NCBI GenBank assembly: GCA_033442325.1
Contig: JAWQFM010000028.1
Coordinates: 461,302-525,301 of the forward strand
DNA length: 64,000 bases
Origin: Salpingoeca rosetta
Lineage: Eukaryota; Protista; Choanoflagellata
Direction of reading: 5' to 3'
The notes below the pieces were generated by a model. The model was not told the origin of the DNA. It did no database searches and saw only the letters and a program-made list of their open reading frames with translations. The translations under genes were made by a program, and so were the position numbers. Below, piece by piece: positions 1 through 22,909 of the stretch (position 1 is the stretch's first letter; each line of letters begins with the position of its first letter).

Positions 1-298
1 GGTGTGTGTGTGCGTTGTGTGTGTGTGTGTGTCTGTGTGTGTGTGCGTCTGTGTGTGTGTGTCTGTGTGTGTGTGTCTGTGTGTGTGTGTCTGTGTGTGT
101 GTCTGTGTGTCTCTGCCTCTCCTGGCTGCCGCTTTGTGTGCTTGATCCACGTGCACTTACACGCATCTTCACCTTCCTCTCTTCTCCATACCCCCTCTGC
201 TGTGCACCTTCCACATCCATCCGCGCAAACCCTTCCCCCCCCTTCTCCGCGATTAACCACACCGATCTTGCTGCTGTTGCTGCCGCATCGCGGGGTAG

Positions 299-457
299 AT
301 TGCCATCTTCACCTACTACAACTTCCACACCACGCCCGCTGCTCTGCGCGTGTATGTTGGCCTGCTGTGCGCGCTGCTGGCTCTTCATCTCTACTGGTAT
401 GCCCTTCTCGTCAAGATCTTCCTCAGCTTCAAGGCGTCCGGCGAGGTGCGTGCCCCA

Positions 458-499
<42 letters not shown>

Positions 500-765
500 G
501 TGTGTGTGTCTGTGCGTGTGTGTGTGCGTACGTCTGTATATGTGTGGCTGTGTGTGCGTGCGCGCCTTGTTCGTGTGTGTCTATGCTCTGCATCTTCCTG
601 CGATTTCTCCCAAACACACCCACTTTTGCACATACACACGCGCGCGCGCGCGGCACGCACACACACGCGCAGGCGCTGGACACGAGCGAGCACGTATCGC
701 AGCAGCACCTGCAAAGCACAATGAAGGACAAGACGAGCAAGAAGAAGAAGAAGAAGACGACATAA
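299..765 (+). CDS. TLC-domain (Lag1/ceramide synthase-like) membrane protein, last two exons (299-445, 673-765); 5' part outside window
   Basis: Spliced via GT-AG: IAIFTYYNF...VYVGLLCALLALHLYWYALLVKIFLSFKASGE|ALDTSEH...KKKKKKTT*. Resembles the last TLC helix (LLxxLxxLxxxW) plus the G...D-x-S-E tail; ends in a KKxx ER-retrieval motif. Confidence 0.6.
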
Positions 766-1527
766 TCCCGCGCCCCTCCGTTCTTCAGCAGCATTCGACA
801 GCAGCAACGCGCTCCGACAACAACAGACGTACACGGGCACACATGCAACCTCAAAGTGCATGCACTCACGCACACGCGTGTGTCTCAACATCACATGCAT
901 ATACACACACTCGCATGCGTACATATGCGTACACATGCGTGCCCCCATCTCTCCCATCCGAGTGCAATGACCAAGCGTTTTTGTGTCCGTGCACCGTCTC
1001 AAACACAGCATGCTTCGCGCTCCCATCACATCATCCCACACTGTGCCGTGTTCTATTTAACGTCTGTGACGTATGTACCGTTTGCATGAATGAATGAACC
1101 CCTGTGCGTGCGTGTGTGTATGTATGTATGCGTGTGCGTGCGTGTGTGTATGTGTGTGTGTGTGTGCATGCGCGTGCGACTTCTTGTATGCGACTTTTTT
1201 GTTTTGTGTGTGTGCTTGTGTACGTCTTCACTTTGGTGTGTATGCGACTCCTCGTGTGTTTTGTGTGGTGTGCTTGTACATCCTTGTTGCCTGTGTGCTG
1301 CGCGCGATACGTTAGCACATTGCATCTGTTGTTCGCCCTTGTCTCTGTGCCTCGCTCTCTGTCTCTTTACTTGCTTGTTCGGTGTACATGAAAAGGATAA
1401 CAAAGCAAAGCACCATCGCAAGCAGCGAGCATCATCACCAGGAGAATAGAAGGAAGAAGGAAAGGAAGACATCGCCATTGCATACGATACCGTGCCCAAA
1501 ACTGAAAAGTTCAAGTGTCAAGTGTCG

Positions 1528-1610
<83 letters not shown>

Positions 1611-1616
1611 TGCTGT

Positions 1617-4600
1617 CTACGCTGCACCCCAGGCGCCACCAACACCAACACTGCCTTTGTTCGCCATTGTGCTGCTGCCCAACACCACACCACCATCACC
1701 TTCATCACCACCATCACCACCATCACCACCATCACCGCCATCACCGCCGCTGCTTGCATCGTGGCGGTGTGTGAACGACGCAAGCGCACTCTCCACGCGC
1801 GCATGTGCGGCTGCAAGCTCCCGTGCACTCGCCCTCGCTGTTGCTGCAAGCGTTGCAGACGACAACGTTGATGGCGGAGGCACTGCTGTTGCTGCTGTTG
1901 CTGTTGTGGCTGTTGTTGACGGTGCATCTGTGGTTGAGGATGGTAATAACGGCGGGTGTGCGGTGCGAGGGGCAAATCGACTGCGCTTTGCGTTTGGTGT
2001 GCTCGTGTTCTGCACACCAATGCCATCATCGCCGCCACCAAAACCAAAACCATCCCCATCACCATCACCAGCGCGATTGGAGGTGTGCGCAAACTCAACC
2101 GACTCGTCAATGGGTTCGTACAGTGATCCCACCATGTCCTGTCGCCGCAGGTGGCTCAGATCCTCATCACCACCACCATCACCATCACCATGGGCGTTGT
2201 CGTCGGTAGCACTTGGATACGGGTGTCTGGTCGACGCTGCACGTGTTTGCTTGTTGTGCTTCGTGGCCAGCGCACCCGTCCCAGGCTCGCCGGCGTGATG
2301 TCGATACGGCGGGTGTGCCATGCTGCCAGGGCCGCCAACGCCAGCACCACCGCTGTACCCATGCCACCTGCTGCCATCACCATATGCTCCACCGCGACGC
2401 TGCTGCTGCTGCTGCTGCTGCTGTTGTTGTTCGGCGACGTGACCCGTGGTGCGCATGGCAATCTTGTCCTTGCCATAGCCATTCGTGTTGGCGTTGCTGC
2501 TGTTGCCACTGTTAGTGCTGTCGTGGTTCAGCAAGCTGCCGTCATGCGAGTGTTCAACAGAGGACAGTTCGTCCGGCTGCTGCCGGCTGCGCAGGAAGGA
2601 CTCGCGCATGCGGTCGATGGTCGATTGCGAAACACCAGGACTCACAGATTCAGAAAGGTTTGACAGGCTATCCATGCTCAAGCGGCTCATTGCGTCATCG
2701 TTGTCGTCGTGGGCGCTGTCGCTGGGTCGTTGCAACAGCCACCCTCGCCCCATCCCCAGACGCGGCTGTGTAGATGCACGCGCGTGCATGTAAGGGTGAT
2801 GATGATTATGATGATGATGGCTATCATCGATCCCACTGCCGCCGCTCTCGTTGCTGTCGTGTCGCTGCTGGTGGTGGTGGCGGTGATGGTGGTGATCATC
2901 ATCGTGGTCGTGCCTTCTTCGAGGCATCCACCCGTATCTGCCAGCTGCTCCTTCGTCGTCGTCGATGCTTCCGCTATGCTCACGACCACCACCACCACCA
3001 CCACGCCTGCTTTGTCCTTTCCTGGTGCTGTTTGGTTTGTGCTGCTGGGAGCGGGTGGCAACGTCCCTGCCGAGTATCGTGGCAATACGTGATACAAGCG
3101 TGGTTGGTGAAGGGGTGAGGAAGAGGAGCGGATATGTATTGTGTGCATGTGTTCGCGCGTATGAGCAAGTGAGTGAGGGAGAGAGTGTAAGTTCGGGAAA
3201 CCGAAGGCTGCAGAAGGAAGATACAGACAAGCCGTCGCGCGCACTCACACACACACACACACTCATGTGCACACACACACACACACACTCACTCACTCAT
3301 GTACACACTCACTCACAGACAGCACACACACACAACAATCACACGTACGCAGCTTCAAACACACCGTTGCATCCAGTCTGAGAGGTGCACCATCTTGTCT
3401 GCGAGTTGACGCTGCTCTGAGACGAGCGAGCGCACGTGCTGCTCTTGTGACGACAGCTGTCGCTGTAGTTGCGTGGTGGTGCGCAGCGCCTCTTGGGTAT
3501 CCAGGCCCGTGGACGACAGGTCTGCTTGCAGCCGCAGAACCACGCCCTTCAAGGCCGCAAACTCTTGCGTAATGTGATCCACGTCACGCTGGCAGCTCTG
3601 CGATTGGACAGTGAGAAATGCACAGTGATATAAAGAAGGGGGGGGGGGGTTGTTAAAACGGCACATGTGCGGGGTGGGCGATGTGAACCATGTGGAGGTG
3701 TGTGTGTGTGTGTGTGTTGTGTGTGTGTGTGTCGATGTGTGCGTGCGTTGCGTGCGTGCGTGTGTGTGTCTATGTGTGCCTAGGCTCGCCTGTTCAAGAG
3801 AAGTTGAGAGGCACCATCAACGCATCAACATGAGCAATTCCCGTCCATGCGCCCATCAATCCAACCAACCAAGCCATCAATCCAACCAACCGACCGACCT
3901 GACCAATGGCGCGCACTTCGGAGGAGAGCTTGGAGAGTGTGCGTGCATCCGTCTCGCTGTCCAGCGCGTGCATGTGTTCCTGTCGATGGCGGCTCTCAAG
4001 CGCTTGTAATCGTGACATGATCGCCCGGTCCATCTGCAGTTCGGAAACACGTGCATCGTGTGAGTGTAATAAAGAGCGTATGTATGAGTGTGGTATGCGC
4101 GTGAGTGCATATGCATCCATGTGACAGCAACGGCATTGAGAGCAACACTTGCACACACACACAAACGCACACACACATACACACATACACGCACGCACGC
4201 ATGCACACGCACACGTACCACCACCACCACTAACAGCAGCACCACCAGCACACCCGACAAAGCGCGCGTTCACATGAACAAATAAGGAAACCGCGCATAT
4301 CATGTTGGCACCTGTTCCAGTTTGCGTTCCGTCTGGAGATCCACGCCGCGCTGCTTCAAACGCTGCTCGAGATGGTCGATTCGGTCTGGCATCGCAGCAG
4401 CATTGGAATGATGCGTGAGAACACCCGCAGACGCTCAGTGGCACTGCAGCTGCCACAATTTGTTCCCACACAACGGGCACACACACAAGCGCGCGCACAC
4501 ACACACACACACACATGCACGCACGCACACACGCACACAAGTGCATTCCTTCATCCATGCACATGTGTGCTTCTCAAGTGGACACACGCAGACACACACA

Positions 4601-4870
4601 CACACATTCATACACACACATACATACACACACATGCATACACACACATACGCAGTACCTTCAAGGGCTTCCTTGTCCTTGACGGATTGCTGTTGAAATT
4701 CTTTGAACATGCCCACAACTTGGTCCAGCGCCTTTGGGAGATGCAGGGAGTAAATTCACAGGTCTGTCAGTGTCCGAAGAAACATTGGCAGTGCAACTTC
4801 CATCGAAACACCACACCCAGCTGTCACTTCACGTAACTGCACACATAACATGCCTCCAAACACACACACA

Positions 4871-4906
<36 letters not shown>

Positions 4907-5449
4907 CCACCACAGCACAGCACACTCCCACCTGTTCAGTTTTGACGAGGCGATCCACGAGCGAAGAAGCCGTAGTGGGCACGGCGGCGGCGCTTCTGGC
5001 ACTGTGCAGTGCCGATGGCACAATATACGAGCTGCCACTTGTCGCTGTGGATGATTGCGCTGTCCTCCGTGCTTCTGCGAGCCCTGCAGTGCCAGCTGGC
5101 CGCGGCTGCGACGCGAGCTGCCGCATCTTGGCGATGCTGGACGTATCTCGTTGTGAATGGCCATCCTGCAAGGTCTGGCAGGGGTGAAGCACACAAGCGA
5201 AGCATCAGCGTGGCCGTGTGCGTCAGGGTCCCTCAAAAGCCAAAATCACCGCAACAGGCAGCCAGCCCAAACAAACCACCCCCAGCACTGAAGAAGATGA
5301 CGTACCGAGATGCGACTTAGATTTCGCTGAACCTTGCACAACAACGTCTGAATGCTTGTGCTCGTGTTGGTGCCTGCGCGGCGAGCACTGCCGGGCCCAC
5401 TGCGACCGCTTCCCCCTGCCACGTCGCTGCTCATGCTCAAGTCTGCCAT
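1617..5449 (-). CDS. Hypothetical multi-exon protein with coiled-coil mid-region and long low-complexity C-terminal exon
   Basis: Probable ATG at 5449 (MADLSMSSDVAGG). Exons bounded by GT/AG encode heptad-like segments (VVGMFKEFQQQSVKDKEALE; ELQMDRAIMSRLQALESRH; ITQEFAALKGVVLRLQADL...QLQRQLSSQEQHVRSLVSEQRQL). Final exon in ORF 1617-3296. No family recognised; ends approximate. Confidence 0.55.
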
Positions 5450-6034
5450 GCTTGTGGTGGTGGTGGTGGTGCTGCTGGTGCGATGTGTTTGGCTAGCAAG
5501 CAAACAACGAGGCAATGCACCAAAGCGCAGCAGTGGTGTTGTGGGCTGTTGTGGTGCGTGGAGTTGGCGACGGTTCGTTTCGGCTGCAGCGTCAAATTTC
5601 GTCGCTTGTTGGCGATTTGCGAAAGTCTTCACATGAATTTCCAGCCAGCGACTGAATTCAGACTTGGTGCATTTCGTGCCACCAGGTGCCAACAAGAGGC
5701 AGAAGAGAGAGCGCTTGTTGTTGTGCTGCTGTGCTGCGTGCTGGTGTGTTGTCTGTGCTGACGTGACGCGTGAAAGGGTTGAGATAGATGATGACGGCAT
5801 GACCTGTGTCCCGTCGATGCTGCGGTCACCAATATCACAGGGACAGTTTTGAGAGTTTGCTGCTGCTCCATGCAGTACGTAGCCACACAGCCCTCAGCAT
5901 CAAACGACTCATTCCCAATTCCACATGGCATGTTTGATTGTGATATGTGAAAAACACAACAACACCAGACACTTGCAGGAACAACGAAGGCGCGTGTCAT
6001 CAGCGTACACCCTCACGCAACGTGCGACTCGGAG

Positions 6035-8035
6035 ATGAAGGTGACGGCAGCGACTGCTGCGATTGTCGCCACGGCAGTGGTGGTGCTTGCCGCTGTGTGC
6101 GCCGCGTCCCCGACCGCCGCAGCCAGCCCCGCTGATGGCCAATGGTGGCAGACGGGCATCGTGTACCAAATCTATCCGCGGTCCTTCCTGGACGCATGCA
6201 GCCCAAACTGCACGGGGACGGGCTCGCTGCGCGGCATCGAGCGCAAGCTGCAGTACCTGCGCGACACCGTGGGTGTGAACGCCATCTGGATCTCCCCAAT
6301 CTACGAGTCACCCATGGCAGACTTTGGCTACGACATCAGCAACTACACGGCCATCTGGCCGACGTTTGGCACGATGGAGGACTTTGACAACCTCATTGCT
6401 GCAGCAAAGAAGCTGGGCATCCACGTCCTCATGGACTTTGTGCCCAACCACACCTCCAACCAGCACCCCTGGTTCCTGGCCTCCCGCAGCAACAAGACCA
6501 ACCCTTATCGCGACTGGTACGTGTGGCGACAGGGCCGCATCGGCAAGGACAGCGAGAAGCTCCCGCCAAACAACTGGCGCACCATCTTCTGCCCGGATGC
6601 CAACTGCTACGGCTGGACCTACGACAACGCCACGGACGAGTGGTACTACCACTGCTTCCTCACGCAGCAGCCCGACCTCAACTGGACCAACCCCGACGTG
6701 GTGTCGGCCATGCACGACGTGCTCCGCTTCTGGCTGCGCAAGGGCGTGGACGGCTTCCGTGTGGACGCCTTTCCAAACATCCTCGAGGACCCGCAGTTCC
6801 GGGACGAGCCGCTCAACCCCAACTGGCACGGCGACCCCGTCACGCAGGGCTACGAGAAGCTCATCCACATCTACACGGAGAACCAGCCCGGTCTGCATGA
6901 CATTGTGCGCGGCATGCGCAAAGTGGTGCAGGAGTTTGGCGACGACAAGGCGCTCATTGGTGAAATCTACCCGGACAACGTCATCACGGAGGAGGATGTT
7001 ATCTCGTTTTACGGAACGGAGGAGGAGCCCGAGTTCAGCATGCCGTTCAACATGAACCTCATCTCCTTCTTCGACTACGCCGCTGCGTTTGATCCCACCG
7101 TGCACAACAACCCGCGCAATGCCTCCCGCCTGCGTGAGATTGTGGACCACTATAACGCCTCGCTCCCCGCGTGGGCACAGCCAAACTTTGTGCTCGGCAA
7201 CCACGATGTGCGGCGCCTGGCCTCGCGTCTCAACGACACCGCCCTCACGCGCGTGGCCAACACGTTGCTCTTCACCCTGCGCGGCACGCCCACCATGTAC
7301 AACGGGGACGAGTTTGGGCAGAAGGACGGCTACGTTCCCCCCGGGCGCCGGCAGGACCCCAACTGCAAGACCAACTACACCGGCCTGCGCTGCCGCGATC
7401 CAGAGCGCACGCCGCTGCAGTGGGACACGTCAAACGCCAACGCTGGGTTTAGCGGGGCCGGCGTTGAGACGTGGCTGCCCGTGTCGTCGGACTACGTGCA
7501 CACCAACGCTGCTGCGCAGATGGGCGACCCAACGTCGATGCTAGATCTTGTGTCGCGCGTCATTGCCCTCCGCACGCGCGAGCACGCCCTCCACAGCGGG
7601 CTGTACCAGTCACTCGACGTGGTGGTCACGCCCGCACACCTCACCGACAACGTGTTCGCGTTTCTGCGGTACAACGAGTCCAACACGGCCTATGTTGTGG
7701 TTGCCAACCTTGCAGACCACCCAGTGCGCGTGCAGGTTATCCCACCATTTGATGTCATCCAACGCAGCGTCGCGCACATTGACACGTTCAACTCGTCCGT
7801 TGTCAACAGCACCGTGAACCTGAGTTTCCTGCATCTCCACCGCGCGCACGCACAAGTTGTGGCCGTCCGCTACCACAACGAAAGCACGAAGAACACAACG
7901 GTGGGCGTTGTTGTGGCTGCGCTCCTCGGCACTGTGTTCATGGTTGCTGTTGTTGCCGTCTACTGCAAGTTTGGGCGAGCCAAGGACACCGGTTACGCGT
8001 ACACGGCCGTGCCAGATGTCATTGACGAGCGCTGA
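6035..8035 (+). CDS. GH13 alpha-glucosidase/maltase-like enzyme with signal peptide and C-terminal TM helix; intronless
   Basis: 666-aa ORF with WWQTGIVYQIYPRSF, DFGYDISNY, DFVPNHTS, QPDLNW, catalytic DGFRVDA (Asp), GEIY (Glu), LGNHD (Asp), RDPERTPLQW; hydrophobic N-terminus; TM VGVVVAALLGTVFMVAVVAVYC. Confidence 0.93.
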   Translation: MKVTAATAAIVATAVVVLAAVCAASPTAAASPADGQWWQTGIVYQIYPRSFLDACSPNCTGTGSLRGIERKLQYLRDTVGVNAIWISPIYESPMADFGYDISNYTAIWPTFGTMEDFDNLIAAAKKLGIHVLMDFVPNHTSNQHPWFLASRSNKTNPYRDWYVWRQGRIGKDSEKLPPNNWRTIFCPDANCYGWTYDNATDEWYYHCFLTQQPDLNWTNPDVVSAMHDVLRFWLRKGVDGFRVDAFPNILEDPQFRDEPLNPNWHGDPVTQGYEKLIHIYTENQPGLHDIVRGMRKVVQEFGDDKALIGEIYPDNVITEEDVISFYGTEEEPEFSMPFNMNLISFFDYAAAFDPTVHNNPRNASRLREIVDHYNASLPAWAQPNFVLGNHDVRRLASRLNDTALTRVANTLLFTLRGTPTMYNGDEFGQKDGYVPPGRRQDPNCKTNYTGLRCRDPERTPLQWDTSNANAGFSGAGVETWLPVSSDYVHTNAAAQMGDPTSMLDLVSRVIALRTREHALHSGLYQSLDVVVTPAHLTDNVFAFLRYNESNTAYVVVANLADHPVRVQVIPPFDVIQRSVAHIDTFNSSVVNSTVNLSFLHLHRAHAQVVAVRYHNESTKNTTVGVVVAALLGTVFMVAVVAVYCKFGRAKDTGYAYTAVPDVIDER

Positions 8036-8044
8036 CGTGAACAT

Positions 8045-8175
8045 GTGATTTGTGATTGTGACTGTTGTGACATGATTGTGATCAATTGTGATTTGTGTCT
8101 GTGACTTTTGTGATTGTGGCTGTTGTGACTGTGATTTGTGAGTGTGGGTGTGTTTGTGATTTGTGAGTGTGAACG
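8045..8175. repeat. Degenerate (TGTGAT/TGTGAC)n tandem repeat just downstream of the GH13 stop codon
   Basis: Visible repeats tgtgatt, tgtgact, tgtgaca. Confidence 0.7.
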
Positions 8176-8532
8176 TGAGCTGACTGCTGTGTGGGACGTG
8201 GCTGCTTCGTCTTATGTGTTCGCTTCGCTTGTGTGCCTTGCTTGCTTGTGTTTGTGTCGTGTGTTTCCACGTGCTCGTGTGTGCTGCTGAATGCAATGTA
8301 ACGTGATGATGTGTGAATGCTTGCTTAATGAGTCAAATATGTGTATGCGCGTACTTGCTTGACTGCCTGTTGTGGGTTTGGTTCTCTTCATGGTTTACAG
8401 TACAGCTGTTTGAACCGCTTGCGCACTCAACGCCGTCAAACATCATTACAACAACTACATGACATAGATGAAGCACAGCATGTTGCAACTGTCCTTCACC
8501 ACAACCGTCGCAACTGTTGTGTACCATGATCG

Positions 8533-18416
<9,884 letters not shown>

Positions 18417-18839
18417 CGCAGTCGCAACTACAGCAGCAGCAGTCGCACAAGCAAGGTGGAGTGGAATGAATAACTGTTCGCTGGGTCTCTTCCTTCCGAT
18501 GGTGGTTCCTGAAGAATCGCCATATTTTCAACTACTATTCGGCACTCTGTTGACGAAACAACAACAACGCCAACCCAGAGACAAGCAAGTGGTGCGGTTG
18601 TCTGCTCCTGTGTGCTTGTTTGCTGTGTGTTGGTGTTTGCTGTTGCCTTCTTTCTTCTCCCCCTGACCTCGCCTGGTGTTTGCTTGTTTGGTTGCAGGTT
18701 TACGTGCGCTGACATGACTTCATGCAATGTGTGTTTTGTTCGTTGCGTTCTCGCAACAGGACCTTCTCGGGGAACCTGACTTATTTGCACGTCATTTTCG
18801 AAGCAGCGGCAGCGCAACATTCAAGCGCCACTTGAGGCC

Positions 18840-18977
18840 ATGTCGGACTTCCAGCGGGATGTGAAGGAAGTGGAGTCGTTTGACCGCTCCAAGTTGAAGA
18901 AGGTCGACGTTGTGGAGAAGAACGTCCTGCCCACCGCGGAAGACATTGCAGCAGACAAGCTCTCGGACAACCAATGA
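18840..18977 (+). CDS. Beta-thymosin (single WH2 actin-monomer-binding peptide), 45 aa
   Basis: Translates to MSDFQRDVKEVESFDRSKLKKVDVVEKNVLPTAEDIAADKLSDNQ*, aligning with thymosin beta-4 ([39 protein letters not shown]). GCC-ATG context; in-frame TGA upstream at 18777. Below the 60-aa ORF-track cut-off. Confidence 0.9.
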   Translation: MSDFQRDVKEVESFDRSKLKKVDVVEKNVLPTAEDIAADKLSDNQ

Positions 18978-19094
18978 GTGCCTTGCTTGTTCGTGGATGA
19001 GCCTGTGATGAGGCAGCAAGCCACTCACGCGGCAATGGCAATGTGAACTCGTCTGCGTGTTGTGTGTATGTGTGTGTGTGTCTTTGTGTGTGAA

Positions 19095-19163
<69 letters not shown>

Positions 19164-19638
19164 TCTTGTGTGGCATGCATGTTACCGCCCTGTTTTGTGT
19201 CGTGGTGCCTTGACCGCCTCGTTTTGTGTATGTCGTTACAATTTCACACCCAATGTTCGTTATCAACCGGCTACATTCTGTGCATGTGTGTGTGTTTGTG
19301 TGCGTGCGATTATATCAGCGTATGCGTGTGTGTGTTTTGTGAATGTGTTAACTAACTGGGCAGCCGAGAGGCAGCCACCACCGCAATCCCACGTCTTCCA
19401 ACGTGTACATGTGCATGATTGATGTGAATAAACTGCATACGCCTTGGTATACTTGAGGAATGTGCAAGCAGCACAGGTGCACGCGTGACAAACAAAAGCG
19501 AGTGGGAAGTTGAGAGGAAGGGTTACCACGGCCGGGGAATGGATGTGTGTGCGTGTGTATGCATGTGTGTGTGTGTATGTGTGTGTATGTGTGTGTGCGT
19601 GTGTGTGTATGTGTGTGTGTGTGTGTGCGTGCGTGTCG

Positions 19639-19848
19639 CTATTCCTGTGTCCAAAGCTTGAACGTTCGATCCCACGAAGACGTGGCAATGTATTTGGCGT
19701 CTGTGTGTATGTATGTGTAGGTGTGTAGGTGTGTGCATTTGGGTTTTTGAGTGAGGGGGGAGAGAGAGGGAGAGACGATGAGCGAACACGCACGTCAACA
19801 TGCGCAGTCCTCAGCCGCGCGCAGGGAAAAGCAGCCAACCAAACACAC

Positions 19849-19932
<84 letters not shown>

Positions 19933-20351
19933 CAACCAACCAACACACACACAAACAACCAGCCAACAAACAAGTAAACAAACACGTACACGCGCACAAA
20001 CGTTCAAACAAACACATCAAACCAAACCAAACCAAACCAAACCAAAACGGACCGTTTGAGACGTCGATGGACATGACCTTGCCCTCGTGCCCGCGGAGGA
20101 CCTTGAGCGGCGCGCAGCCGGGGGCCGTCCACACCTTGGCCGTCTCATCATACGACGACGTGACAAAGAAGTTGCCCGAGCTGTGGTATCGCAGTCCACT
20201 CACCAGGTTGGTGTGCGCCGGCAGCGTGTACACGCACTGCTGCTTGCGCAGATCCCAGATGCGCACCTGTGCACGCAGACACACACGCACACACACACAC
20301 ATAATGTCATACAGTGGCTTGAGACAAGGGAGCAATGGCAATTGATGTGTG

Positions 20352-20414
<63 letters not shown>

Positions 20415-20594
20415 TGCGTGTTTCGCAACCCATCGCCCTGCTCAGTGCTCCGTCTCCACCACCGGTAGCACCAACCGTGTTGTCGTCGCTGCCTGTCGCC
20501 ACGTGATACCCGTTGGGCGAAAACTGCAGCGCAAGCACCTGTCACACCAGCAACAGCAGAGGCAAGAGAGAGGGTACACGTTGTCAGCTGTACG

Positions 20595-20693
<99 letters not shown>

Positions 20694-21664
20694 GCACGCA
20701 AGGTGTGTATACCTCGCATGAACCATTTTCACAAACTTCACCACACACAGCCATTGCAACTGCCGCCGCCGCCACCAGCAGCGGCTGACTCACGTTCTTG
20801 GTGTGGCCCTGCAAGACCATAATGTTCTTCCCCGTGCGCAGGTCCCAGATACGGCCTGTGTGGTCCAGGCTCGACGTCCCGCACAGCTAAGGCCAAGCAA
20901 AGAGCAAAGGCGCGGAGATGCGGATGTGAGGCGCAGATGTGTGGTTGGTGGGGGGGGGGGGAAATGCATATGGGATGTGCGTGCGCTGCCCTGCATACCC
21001 AGACAATCAACAACATCACCACCATCATCACAATCACCACCATCATCACAATCACCACCAACCACCAATCAGCACGACCCACCGAGCCGTCGGGGTGGAA
21101 GGCGGCGTCGTAGACGGGTCGGGAGTGGCCCTCCTGGTGCAGCACCTCAACCTCGTTCGACAGGTCCCACAGCCGCCACGAGTGGTCGAAGCTGGGGATG
21201 GGCATGGGCATGGAGAGGGTGAGGAGGAGAAGGGTGGGAAAGCAGGGTTGTGAGCGGGGGGGGGGGGTTTGTTGCAAAGGGCGGTCTTGCAAGGGAGCAA
21301 GCGTTGCAAATCACAGGCAAGTCATCACACATTGCTCCACATGTTGTCACTAGCACACACGACATCACACGCCACCACGACCACCAGCACCGCACCATGT
21401 AGTCATGAGGAGTTTGCCAGACGGGTGGAACTCTGCGCGGGCGACGCGGGCGGCGTGGCCAGGAAGACTCGACACGGGGGTTGTGCTGACGGTGGAGCAT
21501 GGAGTGGGGTTGTTTGGGAAAAGAGGGGAGCGGGGTCAGGAGAGGAAATGTATGGCAATATATGGCACATGAGACAGTGTGCTCAACAAAGTGGAGCGAG
21601 AATAACATCCGTGAACACGTGCACGTCAACAAATGCAAGCAGCCACGCACATGCATACACAATT

Positions 21665-21733
<69 letters not shown>

Positions 21734-22849
21734 GAACCACCACCACCACCACGACGTGAGTGAACCAACCTGTCGAGCCCCCAGAGCTTGACGGCGCCGT
21801 CGACGGAGCACGTGGCAAAGTTGACGGACGAGCGGTCCTGTGAAATGCACGCGGACGGATGCCACGACAGCGCACTCACGCGCTCAGCATGCGCACGATA
21901 CGTGCTCATCTCCTGGCAGTCGTCCGTGTGGTGTGGTGTGGTGTGTTGTGGTGTGGTGTGTTGTGGTGTGTTGTGGTGTGGTGTGTTGTGTTGTGTGTGA
22001 CAATGTCAGAGGGAGAGAGAGAGTGTGTGTGTAAGTGTGTGTGTGCGTGTTTGGTGGTCCAGCGTACATCAGACTACCACTGCCCTCCGAACAACCTCCA
22101 TCTCCTCCCTTCTTCCGCTCTCCTCTGTTCCGCTTCCTAGCGGACCCCCCCCCCACACACACACACACAAACCCACTCACGGTGCATGCAGGCACGGCCC
22201 AGAGCTTGACGGTTCCGGTCCATGACGCAACACCGAGGATTTTGCTGTCTGGGGAGAAGCGGCAGAAGGAGAGGGGACGCGTGTCGCCAATCTGGCTGCC
22301 GTAGATGCTGAATTGCTGTCGCCGCGATTGGTGATTGGTGGTGATTCGTGGTGGTGGTGGTGGTGGTGGTGGTTGTAATGTGTGCATGAGAGACGGGTGG
22401 AGAGAGGGAGGGGAAAAGGTGAGAGAGTGTGTGTGTGTGCGTGTGCGCATTTGTGTGCATTTGTGTGTGTATGTGTATGTATGTGTGTGCGTGTGTGTAT
22501 GTGTGTGTATGTGTGTGCGTGTGTGTATGTGTTTGTGCGTGCAAACACACCGCCACCCCCTCCCATGAACACAACACTCCTGCGGCACACGCCACTGCCA
22601 GCGTACCCTGAGTGTGGAGTACATGTGCTGCTTGCGCGCCTGCTTCTGCGCATCCGACTTGGCGAGCTCAAGACGCGCCTCCTTAAGCCGGTTGCGTGCC
22701 CTTCATGTTGGGCAGTGGCGGTGAAGGGCGAAGGTGGGGGGGAGGGGAAGGTGTGGTGAGGTGGTTGAGTGGCGTTATAGTAACGAGGTCGGTGGATACA
22801 GCCGAACACATGTGGGCTGAAAGGTCGTCAAATCGACACACTTGTGTGA

Positions 22850-22909
<60 letters not shown>

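Noticed and set aside
6308-7204. 298-aa antisense ORF over the GH13 gene
   Set aside because: Expected shadow of GC3-biased codons; no recognisable motifs.
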